64,000 nt of DNA, taken from assembly GCA_950097015.1 (NCBI GenBank), contig CATNEN010000003.1, forward strand, positions 2,294,001 through 2,358,000, given 5' to 3'. Each line of letters opens with the position of its first letter. The first letter of the stretch is position 1. Under the pieces are notes generated by a model that was given only the letters and a program-made list of their open reading frames with translations, made no database searches and was not told the origin of the DNA. The stretch comes from Macrostomum hystrix. Its lineage: Eukaryota > Animalia > Platyhelminthes. The position numbers were made by a program, and so were the translations under genes. This document shows positions 25,715 to 36,420 of this stretch, in pieces.

Positions 25715-26920
25715 CTTCCTAGATCCCCTTGACCCCTCACTCCTAGATCCCCTAGACCCCTCTCTCCTAGATCCCCTTGACCCCTCACTCCTAGATCCCC
25801 TAGACCCCTCACTCCTAGATTCCCTTGACCCCTTGACCCGTTGACCCCTCACTCCTAGATCCCCTTGACCCCTCACTCCTAGATCCCCTTGACACCTCAC
25901 TCCTAGATCCCCTTGACCCCTCACTCCTAGATCCCCTTGACCCCTCACTCCTAGATCCCCTTGACCCCTCACTCCTAGATCCCCTTGACCCCTCACTCCT
26001 AGATCCCCTTGACCCCTCACTCCTAGATCCCCTTGACCCCTCACTCCTAGATCCCCTTGACCCCTCACTCCTAGATCCCCTTGACCCCTCACTCCTAGAT
26101 CCCCTTGACCCCTCACTCCTAGATCCCCTTGACCCCTCACTCCTAGATTCCCTTGACCCCTCATTCCTAGATCCCCTTGACCCCTCACTCCTAGATGAAC
26201 CTTGACCCCTCTCTCCTAGATCCCCTTGACCCCTCTCTCCTAGATCCCCTTGACCCCTCACTCCTAGATCCCCTTGACCCCTCACTCCTAGATGAACCTT
26301 GACCCCTCTCTCCTAGATCCCCTTGACCCCCTCACTGCTAGATCCCCTTGACCCCTCTCTCCTAGATCCCTTGGACCCCTCACTCCTAGATCCCCTTGAC
26401 CCCTCTCTCCTAGATCCCCTGACCCCTCACTCCTAGATCCCCTTGACCCCTCACTCCTAGATCCCCTTGACCCCTCACTCCTAGATCCCCTTGACCCCTC
26501 ACTCCTAGATCCCTTGACCCCTCACTCCTAGATCCCTTGACCCCTCACTCCTAGATCCCTTGACCCCTCTCTCCTAGATCCCCTTGACCCCTCACTCCTA
26601 GATCCCTTGACCCCCTCACTCCTAGATCCCCTTGACCCCTCACTCCTAGATCCCCTTGACCCCTCACTCCTAGATCCCCTTGACCCCTCACTCCTAGATC
26701 CCTTGACCCCCTCACTCCTAGATCCCTTGACCCCCTCACTCCTAGATCCCCTTGACCCCTCACTCCTAGATCCCTTGACCCCTCACTCCTAGATCCCCTA
26801 GACCCCTCTCTCCTAGATCCCCTTGACCCCTCACTCCTAGATCCCCTTGACCCCTCACTCCTAGATCCCCTTGACCCCTCACTCCTAGATCCCCTTGACC
26901 CCCCACTCCTAGATGAACCT
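25715..26920. repeat. Minisatellite, 24 bp unit (ccccttgacccctcactcctagat)
   Basis: Ends about 30 bp before the acceptor at 26950. Confidence 0.96.
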
Positions 26921-26950
26921 TGACCTACCCTTCTCTTCCGCGCGCCGCAG

Positions 26951-27145
26951 ATGCAATCGGACACCGAGTGGAAGTTCGCCCGCAGCAAACTTTGGATCAG
27001 CTATTTTGAGGAGGGGGGCACGCTGCCTGTTCCATTCAACATCGTCCCCAGTCCGAAAACTTTTCTGTACGTGCTTTACTGGCTGAAGGACAAGATTTGC
27101 TCTTGCTCAAAGAAGCACCAGAGGAGCAAATGGCAAAGCATCCGG
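26951..27145 (+). CDS. TRPC: TRPC exon (TRP box)
   Basis: cag|ATG acceptor. [33 protein letters not shown] contains the TRP box EWKFAR. CGG|gtgag donor. Confidence 0.96.
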
Positions 27146-27241
27146 GTGAGATGACTGCCGATACATTTTGCTCATTGCCATTATAAATTAGTAAAGTAAA
27201 AACATCTTTATACATACTCATTGTTAAACTAACCATTTTAG

Positions 27242-27283
27242 AAAATTGTCAAGAAGGTTAACGAAAAAGAGATAAGATATCAG
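27242..27283 (+). CDS. TRPC: TRPC 42-nt mini-exon
   Basis: ttttag|AAA...CAG|gtaag, phase 0/0. KIVKKVNEKEIRYQ supplies the 'YQ' of the conserved YQxIMRxLVKRY motif. Confidence 0.85.
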
Positions 27284-27334
27284 GTAAGCATTCCTCCGGA
27301 TGAAGATAAGGCGGCATTAGGTTAGACTATGAGC

Positions 27335-27610
27335 TTGAACTATTGACTTCTGAATCTAGAACTTGAACTAATGACTTCTGAATCTAGAACTTGAACTAAT
27401 GACTTCTGAATCTAGAACTTGAACTAATGACTTCTAAATCTAGAACTTGAACTAATGACTTCTGAATCTAGAACTTGAACTAATGACTTCTGAATCTAGA
27501 ACTTGAACTAATGACTTCTGAATCTAGAACTTGAACTAATGACTTCTGAATCTAGAACTTGAACTAATGACTTCTGAATCTAGAACTTGAACTATTGGCT
27601 TCCAAATCTA
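27335..27610. repeat. Minisatellite, 28 bp unit (gaacttgaactaatgacttctgaatcta)
   Basis: About 9-10 units filling a TRPC intron. Confidence 0.95.
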
Positions 27611-27649
27611 GTTTAAGGACTTCAAAATCAAGACCAAATCCGATTGCAG

Positions 27650-27833
27650 AACATTATGCGGTCCTTGGTGAAGCGCTATTTGACCGCGAGACAGAGGGCT
27701 GACGAGAGACAAGGCGTAACAGAAGATGACCTGAACGAAATCAAAGGCGACATCAGCGCCTTCAGATTTGAACTATTGGAAATTCTGCGCACTAACGGCA
27801 TGAAAACTCCCGCCTACACGGAGCAGCGATCGA
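27650..27833 (+). CDS. TRPC: TRPC exon (rib helix / coiled coil)
   Basis: cag|AAC acceptor. NIMRSLVKRYL...VTEDDLNEIKGDISAFRFELLEIL. A|gtaag donor, phase 1. Confidence 0.93.
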
Positions 27834-28549
27834 GTAAGCGTTTCCTGGAAAATCACTTTTTTCATTTAAGCGATCTAAGAGTTTTTAACTACGCTACTCG
27901 ATAAGTAGCATGCTACGCAAAAGCGTTCCATTTTTAAAACATACGCTCGAATCATATCAAAGAGTGATATTGTTATCAAAACCTCGAGTTTTTAAGCCCT
28001 AGGGTATTTCTGGCTAGGAAGAAAAAGAATGAGAAAAAGGTAGAGATCTGAGATAAGATATGCTGCTCAAATTGTTCTAGACTGAGCTGCACTTCACCTG
28101 AGCACTTCATTCTTTGCTTTAGAAATTTCTAGAGCCTCAGTTGAAAGAGTTTGTCCTTAAAATAAATCTAGTTGCAAGCAGACAGCCTGGCCGGTAACTC
28201 AATTCTGTTGTACGGTGTTGGCAAGGTCTTTTTGCCAGGTCTTTGCGGGGGTGTTCTGTAAGTTGCAAATGAGCATACAGAAGAACTAGTTCTAATCTAG
28301 TAGTTCTTAGACCAACACTCGTGCACACACTGGCTTAAACCAATTCGTTATTTTACTATTTTATTTTTTCCTTTTTTAAGAATAATTATGTTCAAGGATA
28401 TTTTCGATTTTTTTGTTTTTCTTTGAATTTAGTTTCTTATCTTGGTCAGTTGGTCTGGTTCTGTTCACATTTCATTTCTTTTAGTTCGCTTCTAAGAAAT
28501 AGAAGCGAATTTACAAATTTACACATTAATTAATTGCGGCACTTTGCCA

Positions 28550-29160
28550 TTCTCCCTCTTCCCCTTTTCCCTCTTCCCTTCTCCCTCTTCCCCTCTCCCT
28601 CTTCCCCTCTCCCTGTTCTCCTTCACCTTTTCCCCTTCTCCCTCTTCCCCTCTCCCTGTTCTCCTTCACCTTTTCCCCTTCTCCCTCTTCTCCTTTCTTC
28701 TCTTCCCCTTCTTCCTCTTCCCCTTCTCCCTTTTCCCCTTCTCCTTCTTCTCCTCTCCCTCTTTCCCTTCTCCCTCTTCCCCTTCTCCCTCTTCCCCTTC
28801 TGCCTCTTCTCCTCTCCCTCTTCTCCTCTCCCTCTTCCCCTTCTCCCTCTTCCCCTTCTCCTTCTTCCCCGTCTCCCTCTTCCCCTTCTCCCTCTTCCCC
28901 TTCTCCTTCTTCCCCGTCTCCCTCTTCCCCTTCTCCCTCTTCCCCTTCTCCCTCTTCCCCTTCTCCCTTTTCCCCTTCTCCTTCTTCCCCGTCTCCCTCT
29001 TCCCCTTCTCCCTCTTCCCCGTCTCCCTCTTCCCCGTCTCCCTCTTCCCCTTCTCCCTCTTCCCCTTCTCCTTCTTCCCCGTCTCCCTCTTCCCCGTCTC
29101 CCTCTTCCCCGTCTCCCTCTTCCCCGTCTCCCTCTTCCCCTTCTCCCTCTTCCCCTTCTC
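28550..29160. repeat. Pyrimidine minisatellite, about 15 bp unit (ctccctcttcccctt)
   Basis: Directly visible. Confidence 0.92.
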
Positions 29161-29744
29161 CAGTCTCATTGAGACTCCATCTCTAGCTCTAGTTTCCATG
29201 CCACAGCCCAGCTAGTTGACTCAAAATCAAATACAAGCCAAGTTAAATCAGCCCTGTACGCTTTTGATAGTTTAAATTATATGCTTTTGTCTTATGCGCC
29301 GATTGAAACTTTGTAAGAGGGCAAAGCAATTAAAAAATTCTGTTTTTTTTCAGAATTTTTTATCAGTTTTTCTAGTAAACTTTGACCCTCCGTCACAAGA
29401 AGGGTCTTGGCTTTCAGCCAGAAATTTGAGTCAACCCTAATCAAGTGTGATTTCTAGATAGCCGAGGGACTGAGAATCAGCTTTGGCAAACTCAACAAAT
29501 CAAGCAAAACACGGTGGGCACGTGAAAGATTCGAAGAATATTTTGCTTCTGTTAAAAAGCAGGGCACTCTTCCAGTGCACTTTTTACTCATGCACATCTG
29601 CTCCTAAATTATGTTTCTGGCTCATTGCTCGTTGTTCTCTGTTTAATGGTTTCTGCGCTATTCATAAAAACACTGCATTTTATTACTCAAAAGAATTGAA
29701 AAATATGTGAACGGCTCAAGACAATGATAGCTTGCAGAGTTTTG

Positions 29745-30062
29745 TCACACTCTCTCACCCTCTCTCACACTCTCTCACACTCTCTCACCGTCTCTCACAC
29801 TCTGTCACACTCTCTAACCCTCTCTCACACTCTCTCACCGTCTCTCACACTCTGTCACACTCTCTAACCCTCTCTCACACTCTCTCACCCTCTGTCACAC
29901 TCTCCCATCCTCTCTCACACTCTCTGACCGTCTCTCACACTCTCCCATCCTCTCTCACCCTCTCTGACCGTCTCTCACACTCTCTCACACTCTCTCACAC
30001 TCTCTAAGCCTCTTTCACCCTCTCCCACCCTCTCTCACACTCTCTCACACTCTCTCTCTCTC
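29745..30062. repeat. Minisatellite, 10 bp unit (ctctctcaca)
   Basis: Abuts the last TRPC acceptor. Confidence 0.92.
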
Positions 30063-30081
30063 ACAATGCCCCACCCCGCAG

Positions 30082-30449
30082 GCAAGCTGAGACGCCGTGG
30101 CAGCAAGCGATCAATGCAAAGTCGCCGAATCGGACGCTTTGGCTCCGTGAGCTCTTCGGTCGTTTCCAGCAGTCCTTCGTTCGATACCGGCACAGCTACC
30201 TCACCGCAGCAGCAACACAATCAGCAAAAACAGCAGCAGCAGCAGCAGACTACGCCTCAACGGGAAGAACTAACTCTGAATCCTAGTCGACTAACTCAAG
30301 ATCACGAGCACGATTCAAAGCGAAATCATCCAGCCAACAAGAAGGTCTCCTTTGGCGGTTCGTCAGACATTGAAAAGCTTCAGGAAGTCGACGAGACAGC
30401 TTTGAAAGACTCGGACGGAGGACTTGAACGACGCAGCGACTTAGTGTAG
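30082..30449 (+). CDS. TRPC: TRPC probable last coding exon (low-complexity C-terminal tail)
   Basis: cag|GC acceptor matches phase 1. Open to TAG at 30449 (SKLRRRGSKRS...RRSDLV*). Confidence 0.75.
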
Positions 30450-30494
30450 ACACGAACATGCATGAGTACATTCAACTAGGCTTTCTATTGCTGA

Positions 30495-30560
30495 TGTTCA
30501 GTCCATGGACTGGTGAGGACGCCACACAAACCTAAATTTTACAGCTGTGTGAACTGAATC
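30495..30560 (-). mobile_element. SINE family B fragment in the TRPC 3' region
   Basis: Reverse complement reads ttcagttcacacagctgtaaaat...ccagtccatggactgaac. Confidence 0.5.
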
Positions 30561-30589
30561 ACTACGGGAATTGTCAATAGAAAAACCAA

Positions 30590-30968
30590 GGGGGAAGCCG
30601 TCCGACGTCAGCATCGTCGAGATATTCAGCGATTTTTGTCGAAGACCCTGATGACAAGAACAAGTAGCTTAAGTACAAACTTCTATGACTAATCAATACT
30701 GGTTCAAAAATGTAAAAAAAACTAAAAAGTTAATGAATTTAAAATAGTTAACAATGATAGCCGCCATGGTTGCACGATGAACTTTTTTGCCACCAGACTA
30801 GAATCGTTGAACATCTAGACGATGCTGCTGTTTCCTGATTCTGGAAGTTGTCTCATCGGATAGAGCGGAAAATGTTATCCCGTGTTCTGCATTTTCATGG
30901 CGATCGGTTCAATATTTTGGAAGATACAGAAAAAAAGATAAATGTGTGTATTTGAAATGCCCCCGCTC
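30590..30968 (+). repeat. Unclassified dispersed repeat, copy 1
   Basis: Colinear similarity with 46625-46950: cgtccgac..ca.catcgtcgagatattcagcgattt, cggatagagcggaa and gaaat.ccccc. Confidence 0.7.
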
Positions 30969-31556
30969 GAAGACACAAACAGATTTGTTTCCTCTTTGCC
31001 TGAGAGTCGAACTCCAGACCTCCTTTGTGTTTTTTGGGATGGGTTATATTATCATAGATTTAAGGTGATCATATAATGTCTAACTTTTTTGTTTCTAAAT
31101 GTTGTCATGGAGATGCCAATTGTGAGTCGTTAGCGACGCAACTAAAAAATGAAAAAAAACGGACTCGATTCTACTCTTGAGAGAACGCCTAAGTTATTCC
31201 CTTATCTTTACAGAAAACTTATAAAAAATAATCTACTTTATAATGATATCTAGTGCTGTATTACAGTGTAAGTCCATTGTGTCTCGTGATTGCCACAAAT
31301 TGTGTCTGCCGCGACGATTAAAAGCACACGGGCTCACATACGTGACCCGATCTCTAATTTCAGCAGACAGGTATATTGTATTCACGACTCTGTTCTGTAT
31401 GCTTTTCTGAGCGAGTTTTACCATTCTAAAGCCTACTTTAATTCTGCGAGGCATCGAATTACAAAATGCAACTTGTTTGATTATTCTTGTCGTATTGTGA
31501 CTGTCATGTACGCTCGTATTCGTAGCTTACCAATCAAATATCACATTTTATTTTAG

Positions 31557-31765
31557 CCTCCCTCTCCTCTCCTCTCCTCTCCTCTCTTCTCCTCTCCTCT
31601 CCTCTCCTCTCTTCTCCTCTCCTCTCCTCTCTTCTCCTCTCTTCTCCTCTCCTCTCCTCTCCTCTCCTCTCCTCTCTTCTCCTCTCCTCTCCTCTCCTCT
31701 CCAATCCTCTCCTCTCCTCTCCTCTCCTCTCCTCTCCTCTCCTCTCCTCTCTTCTCCTCTCCTAC
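31557..31765. repeat. (CTCCT)n microsatellite
   Basis: Directly visible. Confidence 0.95.
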
Positions 31766-32529
31766 TCTTTTTCCACTTTATCAATTTCTGCGTGTCACTT
31801 TCGATTCACTTTTGTAGATCTCAAGACATTATTTCACAGCTTCCTACTTTGATGGACTCTGTATATTTAGTTTGCGTTAGAATTTTCGAAAAAAATCTAA
31901 AATATTTTAGTGCCATTGTCATTCACAAAATTTTATATTGTGACTTCTTGACTAATCACTAATCTGTGATATTTTTTCCTTTATTCTTTTTCGTATGACA
32001 GGGAGTTTAATTAATATGAGAATCTGACTAAAATTGGAATCGTACGAAGTGAGAATCTGCCGAGACAATAATCTGCCGACCCCTCATCCATTTGAAAATG
32101 AAATTTAGAATTACTTTTTGTTTAAAAGAAGTTTATAGAGAACAAGAAAAGCTTAATTGAGTATTTAGATTATTGAAATAATCATTTTAGGTAAATCATA
32201 AATACTCCTATTGTTTTTATTATATATATTCACATTATTGGAAATCACGATTCGTTTTAGACACAATTTGATGTGTTTGGAGCAACTGATTGCACAAAAA
32301 CGACGTTGACTAAAACAGAATAATAACTCGTTGTGGCATTAAATGCCAATCTAAAAGCCTATTGAACGGCAATCATTATAGGAAGAGAATTGGCAATTTA
32401 TGAAAAACTCTACTATGAACAATGAGCAAAAGAACGGAAATGAAGTTTCAATGAATCTGTCGCAGCCGAATATGATCAAGAATGTCTTCTGTTGGGTTGA
32501 AAAATGACAATTTTACAAATAGTGTACGA

Positions 32530-32700
32530 GTGCAGCAGTGTACAATATGTAGCTTGAGACTTCTGACCAAGAGGTCGAGAGTTCGAGTCTTAGTGTTTCA
32601 GTTCACCCAGCTGTAAAATGGTCACCAGTTAGGTTAGCAATAAAACAATTGCTTACGCCTGACCCAATGGACAGTTCAATCCATGGACTGAGAGGGAGGC
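32530..32700 (+). mobile_element. SINE family B copy
   Basis: gttcgagtc B-box, cagttcacccagctgtaaaatgg and ccatggactga. Confidence 0.6.
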
Positions 32701-32714
32701 CACACCCACCCTTA

Positions 32715-32805
32715 ATTACCCCTGGCGGCTGGGTGAACTGAAGTTTCTTGCTAAAGGACACAACTTGTGCCTGTGGAGTCGGGAATCGAACCACAGGACA
32801 ATTGA
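32715..32805 (-). mobile_element. SINE family B partial copy, inverted relative to its neighbour
   Basis: Reverse complement reads ggttcgattcccgactcc...gtgtcctttagcaagaaacttcagttcacccagcc. Confidence 0.6.
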
Positions 32806-32882
32806 GGTAGAACTTTACAACAATCACAAGTGTTGCCAACTCAAGTATCGACACTCCACATCCTCTAGCTAGATTGAAGTGT

Positions 32883-33488
32883 TCAAATACTGGGCAAAAC
32901 TACAACGCAGGCCGCGATCTCTTCGTTGTCCCAGTCGGCTTCGCCGAGGGCGCAGACGCCGGCGCCGGAGCCGTGACAGGCCTCGGCTAGGCGAACCAAA
33001 CAGCCAGCCAAGTTTTCGGCGCTCGCTGACGCAGCCGACTCTGACAGCTTCTGGCCGACGCAGTTGACGGCCTCCTGCTCGGAGATCCGGCTCCAAAGAC
33101 CCGGACTGCCCAGCACAATGAACCGATCGCTGGCCGGGTCCAGCTCCACCTCGGTCACTTCCGGTGTGGCCGTCAGGTAGGGCGGAGTTTGGCAGCACCT
33201 GGACGGCACGCAGCCGGCTGGCAGCTGGTCACTCGGCCATTTCAGCTGCACCAAGCCGAACGCCCGAAGAGCCTCCATGCGGCCGAGAAGGCGGTTGCCA
33301 GCGAACACGGAGCCGCGCTCGGAGGCCGGGTGCTCCGCCAGAACGCGGCACACCTCGCGTCCGTTCTCAATGGTCTGGGTTGCCAACGGTTGACGCCACC
33401 GCCAGTCGAATGAACCTTCGTTGCTGCAGCTGCTGCTGCTGTTGTAGCAAGTCGTCAGGGAACCGATCACAGCGGCGCTGTTGCCAAT
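32883..33488 (-). CDS. PP2C / pyruvate dehydrogenase phosphatase-like protein, last exon
   Basis: cag|ATT acceptor. IGNSAAVIG...EHPASE...RLLGRMEALRAFG..LKW...TPPYLTATPEV...DRFIVLGSPGLW matches PDP1/2 motifs (RLLG..PFRAFGD, TPPYLTAEPEV, FLVLATDGLW). Confidence 0.85.
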   Translation of the reverse strand: MGNSAAVIGSLTTCYNSSSSCSNEGSFDWRWRQPLATQTIENGREVCRVLAEHPASERGSVFAGNRLLGRMEALRAFGLVQLKWPSDQLPAGCVPSRCCQTPPYLTATPEVTEVELDPASDRFIVLGSPGLWSRISEQEAVNCVGQKLSESAASASAENLAGCLVRLAEACHGSGAGVCALGEADWDNEEIAACVVVLPSI

Positions 33489-33684
33489 CTGCAAGTGATG
33501 TTTTTCAACTTTCAACTCCATAGTACACACGAACGGGGCCAGATAAATGCTTGATGGGAACCCACACCGGGCCGACAAAGTCGACTTGGTAGCTTTCGAG
33601 ATTCGGCATTGGCGCTTTCTGAACCCAAGGTTATTGAACTGGTGAATTTCTTCCCCCATAAAGCATAGTTAATGAACGGCTCAC

Positions 33685-34623
33685 CTGGGCTAAGCAACAA
33701 CGCCGGCCGTCGTTTGAAACCAGACAAGCCGAGCCGACAGCGCCAGTGGTTGCTGCTCGAGTTGTCCAAGCCGATTGACCGGCCGCTGAGCACACGTCCG
33801 CATCCAATCGGCTCATTGCTCGGCCCAGACGGTCGGCCGTTGAGAAGAAGTCCGCTTCAACCGCAGACGCATTGGCCGCCTGCAGCAGCCGATCAGCCAG
33901 CCAGTCGGTTCGGGCCATAGACACTAGATCCTCCGGCACAAACTGGCCGCTGCCCGGCTGTCTCAAAGAAGTCGCCAATTGTTCCGGTTGGCGAATTTCG
34001 CCAAAGTCGGAGCCGTTGTTGTTCCAGTCAAGCTGGCGCAGCAGGGTTCGTCGAGCGACTCGTGCGGCGGTGGGAGACACCGCGGCCAACTCGGCTGCCG
34101 TGTAGTCGGCTGCCAGCGCTGCCACGGCGGCTGCGCATTGACGACCGCCGACGCCGACAAATAGGCCGGCGAAGAGCGACGCATTTTGTGACAATCTAGC
34201 CGCCGTCCAGTCCGATGACGACGTCGCTAATGAGGCCATAGACGATGTCGGCGATGAGTGCGATCCGCTGTTTGCCGAGTGAACCAGGCCGCAGGCGGTG
34301 ACTTCTTCTACGATGGCTGCCGGCCAATGCGACGCCGGAGACGACGCCGAAGATGGCGACGTTGACGGCGTCATAATGATTCTGCTGGACTGCGGGCTGC
34401 AGCTGGTCGCAATTTTTCTGTCATTGCCGCCGCCGCTGCTGCTGCTGCTGCTGCTGCTGCTGATACCGGGAGAATGGGCTGGACTAGAATATGGTTCTGA
34501 GCGATGCTGACTGCGGCACTGCTGAGGTAGCGACTGTGCCCGGTGCCTGCCAGATGGCAATGCGAGATCTGGCGTTGAGGCGTCTGGTGTCGAAGTATTG
34601 ATTTGTGAGTCCGCTGATGCGTG

Positions 34624-34681
<58 letters not shown>

Positions 34682-34911
34682 GTCTGTAGTTGTTGCTTAC
34701 CCCGACCTTTTAAATTTGATAAAGTGAATTGCCATGCAAATACCCGAATCTGTAAGTCTGTAGATAACCCCAGTCTGTAAGTCTGTAGATATCCCCAGCC
34801 TGTAAGTCTGTCTGTAAGTCTGTAAGTCTGTAAGCAGCTATTAAATGTGGACAGCATTTTGTCAAAGTTCTTACCAAAAGCCGAGTAAAGCAGGCAGCTG
34901 AGTGTTTTCAT
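33685..34911 (-). CDS. PP2C / PDP-like protein, upstream exon. Start is uncertain: ATG 34911, ATG 34374 or a further exon.
   Basis: Long open frame with polyQ/polyS N-terminus, then AARLSQNASLFAGLFVGVGGRQCAAAV (cf. PDP LLGVFDGHAGCACSQAV) and RAATTGAVGSACLV. CAG|gtgagc donor in phase 0 joins the next exon. Confidence 0.7.
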
Positions 34912-35350
34912 ATTCGAGTTAGCTATAGCAGTTTAACTATTATGTTATAAAATTATAAAAGTCGGAACGAATTTACGCAGTTGACCGCAAAGTGAGCGGC
35001 TCTATCTTCTTATCCTCGATGTAGGATTTATTAAATCTAATTCTTAAACTTATTATATTTCTCGCTAACCAATCGTTTGCGGATGTCGCTTTTAGAATGT
35101 GTATATAATACTACTAGCTTTTTTTGCCCGTTGTTTTTGGGGCAGAAATTTGAAGCAAAGCAGTAAGCAATTCACGTCTCTGTATTAACTTTATAGTGAA
35201 GGTCACCATTTATTTATTTACTGCATTAATGAAAAGTGAAGAGTTTGTTTAAGGGCGTTTTAAGTAAAAAATAAGTGAAAAGTTTGTCCAAACAGCCCCC
35301 CCTTGATTACTTCTTTAGAAACATGTCTCTTAGCCACTCCTCTATACAGT

Positions 35351-35649
35351 CCGTGGCAGATCCAGGAATTTTGTTTTGGGGCGGTCTGTCAGGGGAGCGC
35401 CATGAGAATCACAGAGGGGGTGCCAGCGGCCGAAAAAGGGCGCCAGGAGCCAAGAAAGGGCGCCAGCGGCTGAAAAACGGGAGCCAGCGGCTGAAAAACG
35501 GGAGCCAGCGGCTGAAAAAGGGGCGCCAGCGGCCGAAAAGGGGCGCCAGTGCTGTGACTGGCGCCCCTGGTGGGGGCATCTTATTCCCATGATTAAAATT
35601 TTGGGGGGGGGGCGACTGCCCCCCGCCCCCCCCCCTAAATCTGCCTCTG
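35351..35649. mobile_element. hAT-like MITE nested in the Helitron
   Basis: Perfect 8-bp TSD TATACAGT (35343-35350 and 35650-35657). Imperfect 15-bp TIRs CCGTGGCAGATCCAG / CTAAATCTGCCTCTG (11/15). Internal 21-bp tandem gccagcggctgaaaaacggga. Confidence 0.8.
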
Positions 35650-35801
35650 TATACAGTATGCATGTACACGCGTATGCATAAGGAAAATAGCCATGGCATA
35701 ACAATAACAATGTCAAAGAAACCAAATTAAACTGTTTCAGAGTTCAGAGTTAGACAGGTCAAGGTCAATTCGTGACTACTTTTCTATTAATTGCTTGCGA
35801 G

Positions 35802-36420
35802 TCACCTCAAGGCCTGGGGATACACCACATTCTTCGTTCTTCCCCTTGGTGCGAAAATGAATAGGCCAGCTGGAGTTCCAACACGGGAGCAGGCGACATA
35901 AAGCTGCCCATGCGAGAAGCAAGGAGTCTCCAGGTTGATGCCAGCCACCTTCAGCGACTGTCCCTGAGCCTTGTTAATAGTCATCGCAAAGCACACTCTC
36001 ACAGGGAACTGCAGTCGCTTGAACTGAAATGGCAGGTCCGTGGGGATAATTGGAATCCGGGGAACGAACACAGACTCTCCTCTGCCAGATCCAGTCATTA
36101 TCGTGGCCTCAATCACGTGTGGGAAGAGCCGCCTGACTATCAGTCTGGTGCCGTTACACAGCCTTGGCGCATTCAGGTTGCGGAGGAGCATAATTGGTGC
36201 CCCAACTTTCAGCTGCAAGTTGTGCGATGGAGTTCCAGGAGGATCTAGAGAGTTCAGAAACTCAACAGGATACTCCACAGCGGTGTCATCAGTCAACGTT
36301 GTATCAATTGACTTGTAGGTGAAAACTGCACCTGGCAACTCCTGAAGCAGTTGGTAGTTAATTCCGTTGGCGGCATCATTTCTAGGACACAGAATTGCCC
36401 TCTCTGACAGCCAGTCAACG
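35802..36420 (-). pseudogene. Helitron RepHel C-terminal PIF1-like helicase fragment
   Basis: WLSERAILCPRN, LKVGAPIMLLRNL..PRLCNGTRL, QFPVRVCFAMTINKAQGQSL and FSHGQLYVACSRV motifs. The Rep domain and N-terminal helicase motifs are absent. Confidence 0.92.

Noticed and set aside
28003-28039. Extra TRPC micro-exon (tag|GGTATTTC...AAAAG|gtagag)
   Set aside because: Its length is not a multiple of 3 and it would break the phase-1 join between 27833 and 30082.
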